From Deltaproteobacteria bacterium (lineage in GTDB: Bacteria; Desulfobacterota; Deferrimicrobia; Deferrimicrobiales; Deferrimicrobiaceae), in assembly GCA_016219515.1 (NCBI GenBank), contig JACRMU010000044.1, positions 1-50,575 on the forward strand: a stretch of 50,575 nt of DNA. Reading direction: 5' to 3'. Shown here piece by piece: positions 35,786 to 46,557 of the stretch. Position 1 is the first letter of the stretch, and each line of letters starts with the position of its first letter. The notes beneath the pieces were generated by a model. That model made no database searches, had not been told where the DNA came from, and was given only the letters and a program-made list of their open reading frames with translations. The position numbers were made by a program, and so were the translations under genes.

Positions 35786-37483
35786 ATGTCCGTGATGGCT
35801 GCCAAAATAGGGGAAATGCTCCTCCGGGGGAACATCATCACCCCGGAACACCTCAGGAGCGCCCTCGAAACCCAGAAGAAAACGAAGGAACGGATCGGAT
35901 CGATTCTCGTCAAGGCCGGTTACATCAAGGAGGAGGATCTCCTCTCCTTCCTCGGCCGCCAGTTCAACGTCCCGGTGGTCGACCTGTCGAAATACGAGAT
36001 CAATGCCGAAGTGGTCCGCCTCCTGCCCGAGGACCTGGTCCAGAAGCATATGGCGCTCCCCATCAACCGGGTGGGGGCGAAGCTGATCGTGGCCGTGGCC
36101 GACCCCTCCAACATGGCGATCATCGACGCCATCGGGTTCAAGACCGGCTACGCCGTGGAGCTGGTGCTGGCGTCCGAGAAGGACATCACCTCGGCGATCA
36201 ACCGGTTTTTCGACCAGTCGATGGAGTTCAAGGACATCATCTCGGAGCTGGACGAGGACCTGGAGGTCGTGCGGGAGGAGGACCTCGAAGCGGTCGATCA
36301 GGATAGCCGCGTCGACGACGCTCCCGTCGTCAAGCTCGCCAACTTCGTGCTGACCGACGCAATCAAGCGGCGCGCCTCGGACATCCACATCGAGCCGTAC
36401 GAAAAGGAGTTCCGCATCCGCTACCGGGTGGACGGGGTGCTCTACGAGGTGATGCGCCCTCCCATCAAGCTGCGAAACGCGCTGGTCTCCCGCCTCAAGA
36501 TCATGTCGAGCCTGGATATCGCGGAGCGGCGGCTCCCGCAGGACGGACGGATCAAGCTCAAGGTGGGGAAGGGGAGGGAGATGGATTTCCGCGTCTCCGT
36601 GCTGCCGACCATCTACGGGGAAAAGACCGTCCTCCGCCTTCTGGACAAATCCAGCCTCCAGCTCGACATGACGAAGCTGGGCTTCGAGCCCGAGCCGCTC
36701 AAGGACTTCCAGGAAGCCATCCATCGCCCGTACGGGATGATCCTCGTCACCGGCCCCACGGGCTCGGGGAAGACGACGACCCTCTACTCGGCGCTGGCGG
36801 ACCTGAACAAGACCACCGACAACATCTCCACCTGCGAGGACCCGGTGGAGTACAACTTCGCGGGGATCAACCAGGTGCAGATCAAGGAGGAGATCGGCCT
36901 CACGTTCGCCGCGGCCCTTCGCTCCTTCCTGCGGCAGGACCCCGACATCATCATGGTGGGCGAGGTCCGCGACTACGAGACGGCGGAAATCGCCGTGAAG
37001 GCGGCCCTCACGGGACACCTGGTCCTGTCCACGCTGCACACGAACGACGCCCCCAGCACCATCACGCGGCTGCTCAACATGGGGATCGAGCCGTTCCTCG
37101 TGTCCTCTTCGCTCAACCTCATCCTGGCGCAGCGGCTGGCCCGCCGGGTGTGCGGGAACTGCAAGGAGGAAGTGAAGATCCTTCCGAAGGCGCTGCTGGA
37201 CGCGGGGATGAAGCCGGAGCGGATCAAGCACGCGCACCCGTCCAAGGGAAAGGGATGCGACGAATGCAACGGGACGGGGTTCCGCGGGCGGGTCGCCCTT
37301 TATGAGACGATGCCGGTCAAGGAAGAGCTGAAGGACCTGATTCTGCGGGGAGGCTCGGCGATCGAGGTCAAGCGGGAAGCGATCCGCCTCGGCATGAAGA
37401 CGCTCCGGCAGTCGGGGCTTTCGAAGGTCGAGGAGGGGGTCACCACGCTGGAGGAAGTGCTGCGGGTGACCGCCACCGATTAA
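35786..37483 (+). CDS. pilB: Type IV pilus assembly ATPase with an N-terminal MshEN-like domain
   Basis: ASDIHIEP, LDIAERRLPQDGR, GPTGSGKTTT, EDPVEY, LRQDPD, zinc-binding CxxC pairs. Confidence 0.96.
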   Translation: MSVMAAKIGEMLLRGNIITPEHLRSALETQKKTKERIGSILVKAGYIKEEDLLSFLGRQFNVPVVDLSKYEINAEVVRLLPEDLVQKHMALPINRVGAKLIVAVADPSNMAIIDAIGFKTGYAVELVLASEKDITSAINRFFDQSMEFKDIISELDEDLEVVREEDLEAVDQDSRVDDAPVVKLANFVLTDAIKRRASDIHIEPYEKEFRIRYRVDGVLYEVMRPPIKLRNALVSRLKIMSSLDIAERRLPQDGRIKLKVGKGREMDFRVSVLPTIYGEKTVLRLLDKSSLQLDMTKLGFEPEPLKDFQEAIHRPYGMILVTGPTGSGKTTTLYSALADLNKTTDNISTCEDPVEYNFAGINQVQIKEEIGLTFAAALRSFLRQDPDIIMVGEVRDYETAEIAVKAALTGHLVLSTLHTNDAPSTITRLLNMGIEPFLVSSSLNLILAQRLARRVCGNCKEEVKILPKALLDAGMKPERIKHAHPSKGKGCDECNGTGFRGRVALYETMPVKEELKDLILRGGSAIEVKREAIRLGMKTLRQSGLSKVEEGVTTLEEVLRVTATD

Positions 37484-37507
37484 GCGGGAACCGGGGAGAA
37501 GACGGCC

Positions 37508-38608
37508 ATGGTATCCATGCACGAAATGCTGAGCGTCATGTGCGAAAAGGGGGCTTCCGACCTGCACATCACCACGGGGATCGCCCCCACGATCCGCGTG
37601 GACGGACGGCTGATGCCGCTGCCGTCCGAGCCGCTGACCCCGCCGGACACCAAGCGGCTGTGCTACAGCATCCTGACCGAGGCCCAGAAACAACGGTTCG
37701 AGGAGGAGAAGGAGCTCGACCTTTCCTTCGGCGTGAAGGGGATGAGCCGCTTCCGGGCCAACATCTACCTGCAGCGGGGGGCCGTGGCCGGGGCGTTCCG
37801 GACGATCCCGTTCCGTGTCCGCACGTTCGACGAGCTGGGGCTGCCGACGACGCTGAAGGAGCTGTGCAAGAAGCCGAGGGGGCTGGTGCTGGTGACCGGG
37901 CCGACCGGCTCGGGGAAGTCGACGACCCTGGCCGCGATGCTCGACAAGATCAACTCGGAGCGGCACGAGCACATCGTGACGATCGAGGACCCGATCGAGT
38001 ACCTGCACCCCCACAAGAAGTGCCTGGTGAACCAGCGGGAAGTGAACGCGGACACCCAGACCTTCAAGAAGGCCCTCAAGCACATCCTCCGCCAGGACCC
38101 GGACGTCGTGCTCATCGGCGAGATGCGGGACCTGGAGACGATCGAGGCGGCGCTGACCGTCGCCGAGACCGGGCACCTGGTCTTCGCCACCCTCCACACG
38201 AATTCCTGCGTCCAGACGATCAACCGGATCCTGGACGTTTTTCCCCCGTACCAGCAGCCGCAGGTGAGGGCGCAGCTGTCGTTCGTCCTCGAGGGGGTCG
38301 TCTCGCAGATCCTCATTCCCAAGGCGTCCGGGACCGGAAGGGCGCTCTGCCTTGAGATCATGGTCCCCAACCCGGCCATCCGGAACCTGATCCGGGAAGA
38401 GAAGATCCATCAGATCTACTCCCAGATGCAGGTGGGGCAGGCGAAGTTCGGGATGCAGACGATGAACCAGGCGCTGCTCGCTTCCTATCTGCGACGGGAC
38501 ATCACGCTGGAGGACGCCGTCGGAAGGAGCTCCGATCCCGACGAGTTCCGCAATCTCCTCACGGCGGCGCAAAGCGGGGGCCCGCAGGGCGCGGGTCGAA
38601 GGATGTAG
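37508..38608 (+). CDS. pilT: Type IV pilus retraction ATPase
   Basis: ASDLH, GPTGSGKSTT, EDPIEY, AETGHLVFATLHT, AIRNLIRE. Confidence 0.96.
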   Translation: MVSMHEMLSVMCEKGASDLHITTGIAPTIRVDGRLMPLPSEPLTPPDTKRLCYSILTEAQKQRFEEEKELDLSFGVKGMSRFRANIYLQRGAVAGAFRTIPFRVRTFDELGLPTTLKELCKKPRGLVLVTGPTGSGKSTTLAAMLDKINSERHEHIVTIEDPIEYLHPHKKCLVNQREVNADTQTFKKALKHILRQDPDVVLIGEMRDLETIEAALTVAETGHLVFATLHTNSCVQTINRILDVFPPYQQPQVRAQLSFVLEGVVSQILIPKASGTGRALCLEIMVPNPAIRNLIREEKIHQIYSQMQVGQAKFGMQTMNQALLASYLRRDITLEDAVGRSSDPDEFRNLLTAAQSGGPQGAGRRM

Positions 38609-38636
38609 GACGCAGGGAAGATCCACGGAGGATACG

Positions 38637-39794
38637 ATGCCGAAATTCGTCTGGGAAGGGAAGACCAAGGCAGGGAGGACCCTCACGGGGGAGCTGGAGG
38701 CGCCCAACGAGGCGTTCGTCCTCGCCCAGCTTCGCAGGCAGCAGGTCGTTCCCGTAAAGGTGAAGCCCAAGGCCGCGGACCTGCGCATCCGGATGCCGTG
38801 GTTCGGCGGGAAGGTGTCCCAGAGGGAGCTTGCGATCTTCACCCGCCAGTTCGCCACGATGATCGACGCGGGGCTTCCCCTGGTCCAGTGCCTGGACATC
38901 CTGGGGATGCAGCAGGAGAACCAGACGTTCAAGAAGATCATCCTGAAGGTGAAGGAGGACGTGGAGAGCGGGTCCACCTTCGCCGACGCCCTGGCGAAGC
39001 ACCCGAAGACCTTCGACGAGCTGTTCGTCAACCTAGTCCAGGCGGGCGAGGTCGGCGGGATCCTGGACACGATCCTCTCGCGGCTCGCGGCCCACATCGA
39101 AAAAGCGTTGCGGCTCGCCAAGAAGATCAAGGGGGCGATGGTGTACCCATCCACCATCGTCGCCAAGATGTTCGATGACTTCGGGCAGGCGCTGCCCGCC
39201 CCCACGCAGGCCGTCCTGGCGATGAGCGCCTTCACCCGGAAATACTTTTTGCTGGGGATCGTCTTCGTCGCGTTGGCGGTCGTCGCCATGCGCTGGTATC
39301 GAAACACGGAGAACGGACATCGGAACATCGACCGCATCTACCTGAAGCTGCCGATCGTCGGGCCGCTCCTCCAGAAAATCGCCGTGGCCCGGTTCGCCCG
39401 CACGCTGGGCACCATGGTGAGCAGCGGCGTCCCGATCCTGGAGAGCATGGACATCGTCGCGAAATCCGCGGGGAACCGGATCATCGAGGAGGCCATTCTC
39501 AAGGCCCGCATGAGCATCAGCGAAGGGAAGACGATCGCCGATCCCCTCTCCGAGAGCAAGGTGTTCCCCGCGATGGTGACCCAGATGGTGGCCGTGGGGG
39601 AGGCCACCGGGGCGCTGGACACGATGCTCAACAAGATCGCCGAGTTCTACGACGAGGAAGTCGACATGGCCGTGGAGGCGCTGACCTCCCTCCTCGAACC
39701 GCTCCTGATGGTCTTCCTGGGAGTCATCATCGGCGGGCTCGTCGTCGCGATGTACCTGCCGATCTTCAAACTGGCAGGCGTCGTCGGCGGGTAA
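38637..39794 (+). CDS. pilC: Type IV pilus platform protein (GspF family), first TM helix apparently deleted in frame
   Basis: FTRQFATMIDAG, GEVGG, MVYP, GEATGALD, LLEP, AMYLPIF. Confidence 0.93.
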   Translation: MPKFVWEGKTKAGRTLTGELEAPNEAFVLAQLRRQQVVPVKVKPKAADLRIRMPWFGGKVSQRELAIFTRQFATMIDAGLPLVQCLDILGMQQENQTFKKIILKVKEDVESGSTFADALAKHPKTFDELFVNLVQAGEVGGILDTILSRLAAHIEKALRLAKKIKGAMVYPSTIVAKMFDDFGQALPAPTQAVLAMSAFTRKYFLLGIVFVALAVVAMRWYRNTENGHRNIDRIYLKLPIVGPLLQKIAVARFARTLGTMVSSGVPILESMDIVAKSAGNRIIEEAILKARMSISEGKTIADPLSESKVFPAMVTQMVAVGEATGALDTMLNKIAEFYDEEVDMAVEALTSLLEPLLMVFLGVIIGGLVVAMYLPIFKLAGVVGG

Positions 39795-39797
39795 GGG

Positions 39798-41462
39798 GTG
39801 TCGACGAGCCGGCGGGAGGGAGCCGCGGGGGGGCGCAACCTCCTGCTGGTGCGCACCGGCATCACCTTCGCCCTCCTGGCGTCGGTGGTATCGGTCCATT
39901 TCCAGGAGCCCGAGCTTATCCTCGCGGGCGGGTTCAAGTACCTCTACGCCGCCGTGGTCCTCTCCTACGGGTGGCTCCTCCTCCGTTTCGCGCTTTGGGG
40001 CAGCGCCGATCCGTCGACGCCGGTTTCCGTGGTGCAGGCGGCGGTGGACGTGGCGTTCGTATCCGTCATCGTCTTCGCCACCGGCCTGTACGACAGCGTC
40101 TTCGCCTTCATGTACATCGTCGTCATCCTCCTGGGAAGCTTCGAACTCTTCCTGCGGGGGGCGATGATCTGGGCCGTCCTCTCCGCCGTCTCCTACGTGT
40201 CGATGCTGTATCTCCAGAAGCAGGGGATCCTGTTGCCTCCCGGCGTCGAGACCGTGCACCTTGCCTGGTCCCAGTTCCTTCGCTCCTCCCTGACGAATTC
40301 CATCGGGTTCCTGCTGACCGGGCTTCTCTCCGGCCTGCTGGGAGAGGACATCCGTCGGACGCGCCAGCGCGTCCTGGCCCGCGAGGACGACCTGCAGAAG
40401 CTGGAATCGTTCCACAAGCACGTGATCGACAACATCCCCTCGGGGATCCTGACGTCCGACACCCGGGGGCGGGTGAACCTCATGAACGACATGGCGTGCG
40501 GCATCCTGGGCGTCCATCGGGGGGAGGTGACCGGCAAGCGCGTCGAGGAGGTCCTTGCGGGGCTGGAGCTTTCGGATCCCCGGGGGGAGTCGCGCCTTCC
40601 GCGTCCGGAGATCTCCTTCCGCCGCTCGGACGGATCGGAGATCTTCCTGGGGTTTTCCTCTTCCCCGCTGAAGGATGCGGAAGGGGGGGTGATCGGCCGG
40701 GTCGTGATCTTCCAGGACCTGACGCCGGTGAAGCAGATGGAGGAGCGCATTCGCATCTCCGACCGGCTGGCGGGAGTGGGGGAGCTGGCAGCGGGTCTCG
40801 CCCATGAGATCCGGAACCCCCTCGCCTCCATCGCCGGCTCCTCGCAACTGCTCCGGGAGTCGCCCGAGCTGACCGACGACGCCCGGACGCTGCTGGACAT
40901 CATCGAGCGGGAAAGCATGCGGTTGAACGGCCTCATCTCCGATTTTCTCGCGTATACCGGCCCGTCCCTGCGCAATATCGGGGCCGTGAACATGGCGGAC
41001 GTGATCGGCGACGTCACGGAAGCCATCCGGGCGGGCGAGGCGCGGGAAAAGGGGGTGACCGTGGAGAATCTCGTCCTGCGGAACCTTGTCGTCGACGGCG
41101 ACGCCGAGCAGTTGAAGCAGGTCCTCTGGAACCTGGTGCGGAACGCCGTGCAGGCCACGCCCGCCGCCGGGCACGTGCGGATCGACCTGTTCTCGCAGGT
41201 ACGGCACGGGGAACGGTATGCCGTGACGACGGTGAGCGACACCGGCAAGGGGATCGATCCCGCCAACACCGCCAGGATCTTCAATCCCTTCTTCACCACC
41301 AAGGAAGGGGGGACGGGGCTGGGGCTCGCCATTTCCCAGAGGATCGTCCAGATTCACCGGGGGTTCGTCGAGGTGCGCTCCCAGCCGGGGCACGGGAGCA
41401 TCTTCTCCGTGTTTCTTCCCGAGAGGAGGAGGGATGAAAACGGCGGCGGCCCCTCTTCCTGA
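39798..41462 (+). CDS. pilS: PilS-type sensor histidine kinase (multi-TM, PAS, HisKA, HATPase)
   Basis: Multiple TM helices; AHEIRNPL, QVLWNLVRNA, DTGKG, FFTTK, GTGLGL; follows pilC. Confidence 0.88.
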   Translation: MSTSRREGAAGGRNLLLVRTGITFALLASVVSVHFQEPELILAGGFKYLYAAVVLSYGWLLLRFALWGSADPSTPVSVVQAAVDVAFVSVIVFATGLYDSVFAFMYIVVILLGSFELFLRGAMIWAVLSAVSYVSMLYLQKQGILLPPGVETVHLAWSQFLRSSLTNSIGFLLTGLLSGLLGEDIRRTRQRVLAREDDLQKLESFHKHVIDNIPSGILTSDTRGRVNLMNDMACGILGVHRGEVTGKRVEEVLAGLELSDPRGESRLPRPEISFRRSDGSEIFLGFSSSPLKDAEGGVIGRVVIFQDLTPVKQMEERIRISDRLAGVGELAAGLAHEIRNPLASIAGSSQLLRESPELTDDARTLLDIIERESMRLNGLISDFLAYTGPSLRNIGAVNMADVIGDVTEAIRAGEAREKGVTVENLVLRNLVVDGDAEQLKQVLWNLVRNAVQATPAAGHVRIDLFSQVRHGERYAVTTVSDTGKGIDPANTARIFNPFFTTKEGGTGLGLAISQRIVQIHRGFVEVRSQPGHGSIFSVFLPERRRDENGGGPSS

Positions 41463-42786
41463 AAACGGGGTCACCGTCGTTGGGGCCGGCCTGGCGGGTT
41501 CGGAAGCTGCGCTTGTCCTATCCGCTGCGGGGGTCCCCGTCGAGATCGTGGAGATGCGGCCGGCGGTTTCGTCCCCGGCCCATCGGACGGCTTGGTTCGC
41601 GGAGTTGGTGTGCAGCAATTCCCTCGGCTCCGAGGAGCCGTCGTCCGGCAAGGGACTCCTTAAGGCCGAGCTGAGGGAGCTCGGATCGAACCTGATGTCC
41701 CTGGCCCGGCGCGCCCGGGTCCCCGCGGGGAAAGCACTGGCGGTGGACCGGGAGATCTTCGGCCGCATGGTGACCGAGGCGGTCCGTTCCCGGCCGGACA
41801 TCCGTGTGAGGGAGGCCGAAGCGCGGTCGATCCCCGATGCCCCTCTGGTCATCCTCGCGTGCGGCCCCCTGCCTTCCGACGCCCTCTCGGCCTCGATCGG
41901 GTCCTTCCTGGGCGACGCGGGATACTATTTCTACGACGCCATCTCGCCGATCGTGGACGCTTCCACCATCGACCTGCAGGCCGCCTTCACGGCCGACCGC
42001 TACGGCGCGGGAGAAGGCGATTACCTGAATCTCCCGATGACGCGCGGGCAGTACGAAGACTTCCTGTCCGCGCTGCTTTCGGCCCGCACGGTCCCCGCCA
42101 GGGAATTCGAGGAAGAGCGGTACTTCGAATCCTGCATGCCCCTGGAGACGATGGCGCGCCGGGGGCCGGAGACGCTCCTGTACGGGCCGTTGCGCCCGGT
42201 GGGGCTGCGGGATCCCCGCACGGGGAAGACGCCGCATGCCGTGGTGCAGCTCCGGAAGGAAAACGCCGCGGGGACGATGCTCAACCTCGTGGGGTTCCAG
42301 ACGAAGCTGGCGCATCCGGAGCAGGAGCGGGTGTTCTCCCTGATCCCCGGCCTCTCCCGTGCGAAGTACCTTCGGCATGGGTCCGTGCACCGGAACGCCT
42401 TTCTCGATGCGCCGCGCCACCTCCATCCGTGGCTGGAGTGCCGCAAGCGGCCGGGGCTGTTCTTCGCGGGGCAGGTCGCCGGCGTGGAAGGGTACGTCGA
42501 ATCGATCGCCGCGGGGTTCGTCGCGGCCGTTTCGGCCGCGGCCAGGGCGCAAGGGCGCGAGCCCGCCGCCTTCCCGGAAGCATCGATGACCGGCGCGCTT
42601 CTCCGGCACATCGCCGCGCCCCGCAAGGGAGAGTTCCAGCCGATGAACGCCAACTTCGGCCTCCTCCCGGAGCCTCCTTCCGGCAAGAAACGGGAGCGGA
42701 AGGCGAAACAGGCCGCCGCGGCGCTCTCCGCGATCGCGGAATTCCGCAAAAGCTTCTTCAAATTTAACCCCTTGTGTGTTACATAA
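41434..42786 (+). CDS. trmFO: FADH2/folate-dependent tRNA m5U54 methyltransferase
   Basis: GAGLAGSEAA, AELVCSNS, FYDAISPIV, YFESCMP, LVGFQT, AGQVAGVEGY, FQPMNANFG. Confidence 0.96.
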   Translation: MKTAAAPLPENGVTVVGAGLAGSEAALVLSAAGVPVEIVEMRPAVSSPAHRTAWFAELVCSNSLGSEEPSSGKGLLKAELRELGSNLMSLARRARVPAGKALAVDREIFGRMVTEAVRSRPDIRVREAEARSIPDAPLVILACGPLPSDALSASIGSFLGDAGYYFYDAISPIVDASTIDLQAAFTADRYGAGEGDYLNLPMTRGQYEDFLSALLSARTVPAREFEEERYFESCMPLETMARRGPETLLYGPLRPVGLRDPRTGKTPHAVVQLRKENAAGTMLNLVGFQTKLAHPEQERVFSLIPGLSRAKYLRHGSVHRNAFLDAPRHLHPWLECRKRPGLFFAGQVAGVEGYVESIAAGFVAAVSAAARAQGREPAAFPEASMTGALLRHIAAPRKGEFQPMNANFGLLPEPPSGKKRERKAKQAAAALSAIAEFRKSFFKFNPLCVT

Positions 42787-42823
42787 GTCTTTTCCTTTTT
42801 TGCGAAAGGGACGGCGGAAGGGG

Positions 42824-43701
42824 ATGGGATCGGCGATTCGCCAGTTCTCGCAGTATCTCCTCTCGGAGAGGAACGCTTCGAGGGAGACGGTGCGTGCATA
42901 TCTCCGCGAGATTTCCGAATTCCGATCCTTCCTCATGGCGACGGAGGGGAAGGATCCCGAAAAGGGGAAGGGCGGCTGGAAGTCGGTCACCGCGGCGGAC
43001 CTGCGCAGGTTCCTCTCCGCCCGTTTCCCGGGCCGGAAATCTTCCACCATGGCGAGGAAGATTTCGGCCATCCGCTCGTTCTTCTCGTTCCTGATGGGCC
43101 AGGGGGAGATCCCGGGGAACCCCGCCGCTTCCATCGCGGCTCCCCGCAGGGAGATGCGGCTTCCCGAGTTTCTCCCCGTGGACGAGATGATGGACCTGCT
43201 GCGTTCCCTGCCGGAGGGCGGCGAGCGGGAAGCGCGCGACGCGGCGATCCTGGAACTGCTCTACTCCTCCGGCCTTCGCGTGGGGGAGCTGGTCTCCCTT
43301 CGGAGGGAGGACGTGAACCTCGACGAGGGGACGGTCCGCGTGTCGGGAAAGGGACGGAAGGTCCGTGTGGTCCCGGTCGGCGAGAAGGCCGTCGGGGCGT
43401 TGAAGGAATATTTGACGGCGCGGCGGCGCCGGGAGGCGCCGCAGCGGGACGCGCTTTTCCTGAATCTGCGCGGAGGACCCCTGACGGCGCGCAGCGTGGC
43501 GCGGATCCTCGATGGGGCGCTCCGCCGGGCGACGGTCGGAAGACACCTGTCGCCGCACGGCCTGAGACACGGTCCATCCAGGAGATGCTGGGGCACGCGT
43601 CGTTATCCACGACGCAGCGATACGCACGGGTCAACGTGAGCCACCTGTTGCGCGCCTACGAAGGGGCCCACCCCCTTTCCCGCGCGGGGAGGAAGCCGTG
43701 A
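42824..43701 (+). pseudogene. xerC: XerC-like tyrosine recombinase with an apparent deletion of about 40 nt and frameshift at 43570
   Basis: RDAAILELLYSSGLRVGEL, GKGRK, SPHGLRH, then in a shifted frame [17 protein letters not shown]...AHP; trmFO-xerC-hslVU context. Confidence 0.88.
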
Positions 43702-44240
43702 ACGGAATGCGGGGAACGACGATCGTGGCGGTTGCCCGGGGCGGACGCGTGGCGATGGCGGGGGACGGGCAGGTGACGATGGGAACCACCATCCTCAAGC
43801 AGACGGCCCGCAAGATCCGCCGGCTGTACGAGGACCGGGTGCTGGCGGGGTTCGCGGGGGGCACCGCGGACGCCATCACGCTGTTCGAGAAGTTCGAGGG
43901 GAAGCTTTCGGAGTACCGGGGGAACCTGCGCAGGTCGGCGGTGGAGCTGGCGAAGGAGTGGAGAACCGACCGGGTGCTTCGGCGGCTGGATGCGGTCATG
44001 GTCGTGACCGACGGACGGGACCTGATGCTGCTCTCCGGGAGCGGAGACGTGGTGGAGCCGGACGACGGGGCGATCGGGATCGGCTCCGGCGGCCCGTTCG
44101 CCCTGGCCGCGGCCCGCGCGATGCTCCTGCACACCGAGCTGTCGGCCCTGGAGATCGCGCGCGAGGCGCTCCGCATCGCTTCCGGGATTTGCATCTACAC
44201 CAACGAGAACGTGTCCGCGGAGGAGATCTCGACGCCATGA
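43698..44240 (+). CDS. hslV: ATP-dependent protease peptidase subunit
   Basis: [36 protein letters not shown]. Confidence 0.97.
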   Translation: MNGMRGTTIVAVARGGRVAMAGDGQVTMGTTILKQTARKIRRLYEDRVLAGFAGGTADAITLFEKFEGKLSEYRGNLRRSAVELAKEWRTDRVLRRLDAVMVVTDGRDLMLLSGSGDVVEPDDGAIGIGSGGPFALAAARAMLLHTELSALEIAREALRIASGICIYTNENVSAEEISTP

Positions 44241-45622
44241 CGCCCGTGGCAAAGGAGCCGTGGGGCGGCCGCCCGCTGATCCCTAAGGAGATCGTGGCGG
44301 AGCTGTCCCGCCACATCGTCGGACAGGAGAAGGCCAAGCGGGCGGTGGCGATCGCGCTTCGGAACCGGTGGCGCAGGATGCAAGTCCCCGAAGAGCTTCG
44401 GGAGGAGATCGCCCCGAAGAACATCATCATGGTGGGGCCCACCGGCGTGGGGAAGACCGAGATCGCGAGACGGCTGGCGCGGCTGGCGCAGGCGCCCTTC
44501 CTCAAGGTAGAGGCGTCCAAGTTCACGGAAGTGGGGTACGTCGGCCGCGACGTGGAGTCCATCATCCGCGACCTGGCGGAGATCGCGGTCCACCTCGTCC
44601 GCACGGAGGAAATGGGAAGGGTGGCGGAGAAGGCCCGGGCGAGCGCCGAGGAGCGCCTCCTCGACATCCTGCTTCCTCCGCGCCCGGCGGTCCGTCCGGC
44701 GGGAAGCCCGCCCGCGGAAGCGGAAGCGAAGCCGGAGGAGTCGCGGGAGCGGCTGCGGGCGATGCTCAAGGAAGGGAAGCTGTCCGAGAGGACGGTGGAG
44801 GTCGAAGTGAGGGAAAGCGCCCTTCCCGCCATCGACCTCATCGGCATTTCGGGAGGGGGCGGCATGGAGGGGGTCGAGGGAAACCTCCAGGAGATGCTGG
44901 GGAACCTCTTTCCCAGGAAGGTGCGCAGGAAGAAGATGCGCGTGCCGGAGGCGCTTGTTTTCCTGGAAACCGAGGAGGCCGCCCGGATGGTGGACATGGA
45001 CCGGGTGAAGCAGATGGCGGTCGAGCGGACGGAGCAGGCGGGCATCGTCTTCGTCGACGAGATCGACAAGATCGCAGGGAGGGGGTCCGCGACGGGCCCC
45101 GACGTTTCCCGGCAGGGGGTGCAGCGGGACCTGCTCCCCATCGTGGAGGGCTCGAACGTGAACACGAAGTACGGGATGGTGCGGACCGACCACATCCTGT
45201 TCATCGCGGCGGGAGCGTTCCACACGGTGAAGCCGTCGGACCTGATCCCGGAGCTGCAGGGGCGGTTCCCGATCCGCGTGGAGCTCGAATCGCTGACGAA
45301 GGAGGATTTCGTGCGGATCCTCACGGAACCGCAAGGAGCGCTCACGCGGCAGTACGCCGAGCTTCTCGGGACCGAGGGGATCCGTTTGACGTTCGCTCCG
45401 GATGCGGTGGAGCGGATCGCGGAGATGGCCTGCGAGGTGAACGAGCGCACGGAGAACATCGGGGCGAGGCGGCTCTACACGATCATGGAAAAGCTCCTCG
45501 AAGACCTGCTGTTTTCGGCGCCGGAGATCGGGGAGCGGGAGATCGTCCTCCGGAAGGCGTACGTCGACGAGAAGCTCGCCGACATCGTCCGCGACGTCGA
45601 CCTGAGCCGGTACATCCTGTGA
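44237..45622 (+). CDS. hslU: ATP-dependent protease ATPase subunit
   Basis: [56 protein letters not shown]. Confidence 0.98.
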   Translation: MTPVAKEPWGGRPLIPKEIVAELSRHIVGQEKAKRAVAIALRNRWRRMQVPEELREEIAPKNIIMVGPTGVGKTEIARRLARLAQAPFLKVEASKFTEVGYVGRDVESIIRDLAEIAVHLVRTEEMGRVAEKARASAEERLLDILLPPRPAVRPAGSPPAEAEAKPEESRERLRAMLKEGKLSERTVEVEVRESALPAIDLIGISGGGGMEGVEGNLQEMLGNLFPRKVRRKKMRVPEALVFLETEEAARMVDMDRVKQMAVERTEQAGIVFVDEIDKIAGRGSATGPDVSRQGVQRDLLPIVEGSNVNTKYGMVRTDHILFIAAGAFHTVKPSDLIPELQGRFPIRVELESLTKEDFVRILTEPQGALTRQYAELLGTEGIRLTFAPDAVERIAEMACEVNERTENIGARRLYTIMEKLLEDLLFSAPEIGEREIVLRKAYVDEKLADIVRDVDLSRYIL

Positions 45623-45642
45623 CGAGGGAAACGGGAGCGGGG

Positions 45643-46557
45643 ATGAAAGGGTACATACAGAAGGCCGAGACGCTCATCGAGGCGCTGCCGTACATCCGGG
45701 AGTTCTCCGGGAAGACGGTGGTGGTCAAATACGGCGGCGCGGCGATGGCCGGCGAGGAGCGGATGGCGTCCTTCGCCGAGGACATCGTCCTCCTCCAGTA
45801 CGTGGGGATCCGCCCGGTGGTCGTGCACGGGGGCGGGCCGCAGATCGACCGGATGCTGGCGCTGCTCTCGATCCCCTCGGAGCGGAGGGAAGGGCTGCGG
45901 GTGACCTCCCCCGAGGCGATGGAAGTGGTGGAAATGGTCCTGGGGGGGACCGTCAACAAGAAGATCGTCGCGCTCATCAACCGGTTCGGGGGGAAGGCGG
46001 TCGGCCTCACGGGGAAAGACGGGTGGCTGATCCGGGCCAGGAAACATTCCACGCCGGGAAGGGACGGCATGCCGCTCGACCTGGGGATGGTGGGGGAGGT
46101 TACGGGCGTGAACCCCGACGTCCTCCGGGGGATGGAGCGGGACGGCTTCGTGCCGGTGATCGCACCGATCGGCGTGGGTTCGGAGGGCGAGGCGTACAAT
46201 ATCAACGGCGACACCGCCGCCGCGGAGGTGGCCGCCGCGGTCGCCGCGGAGAAGTTCATCCTCCTGACGGACGTGCCCGGAGTCCTCGACCGGAAGGGAG
46301 AGCGCATCTCCACGATGACCGCCGACGATGCGGATGCGGCCATCCGGGAGGGGCTGATCACCGGGGGGATGATCCCCAAGGTGGAGTGCGGGCTGACCGC
46401 CCTCCGCAAGGGGGTGAACAAGGTGCATATCCTGGACGGCCGGGTCCCGCACAGCGTCCTCCTCGAGATCTTCACGGACGCGGGGATCGGCACGGAGATC
46501 ACCGGGGCGCCGGGGGAAGGGGGAAAGCCGTGGGCACCGAAGAAATCATCGAAATGA
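45643..46557 (+). CDS. argB: Acetylglutamate kinase
   Basis: EALPYI, VVKYGGAAM, VHGGGPQI, NINGD, GGMIPKV, GIGTEI. Confidence 0.97.
   Translation: MKGYIQKAETLIEALPYIREFSGKTVVVKYGGAAMAGEERMASFAEDIVLLQYVGIRPVVVHGGGPQIDRMLALLSIPSERREGLRVTSPEAMEVVEMVLGGTVNKKIVALINRFGGKAVGLTGKDGWLIRARKHSTPGRDGMPLDLGMVGEVTGVNPDVLRGMERDGFVPVIAPIGVGSEGEAYNINGDTAAAEVAAAVAAEKFILLTDVPGVLDRKGERISTMTADDADAAIREGLITGGMIPKVECGLTALRKGVNKVHILDGRVPHSVLLEIFTDAGIGTEITGAPGEGGKPWAPKKSSK

Noticed and set aside
42762-42789. dif-like site upstream of xerC (ATTTAACCCCT-TGTGTG-TTACATAAGTC)
   Set aside because: Only 7 of 11 matches to a XerD arm and a poor XerC arm; more simply an AT-rich promoter region at the end of trmFO.
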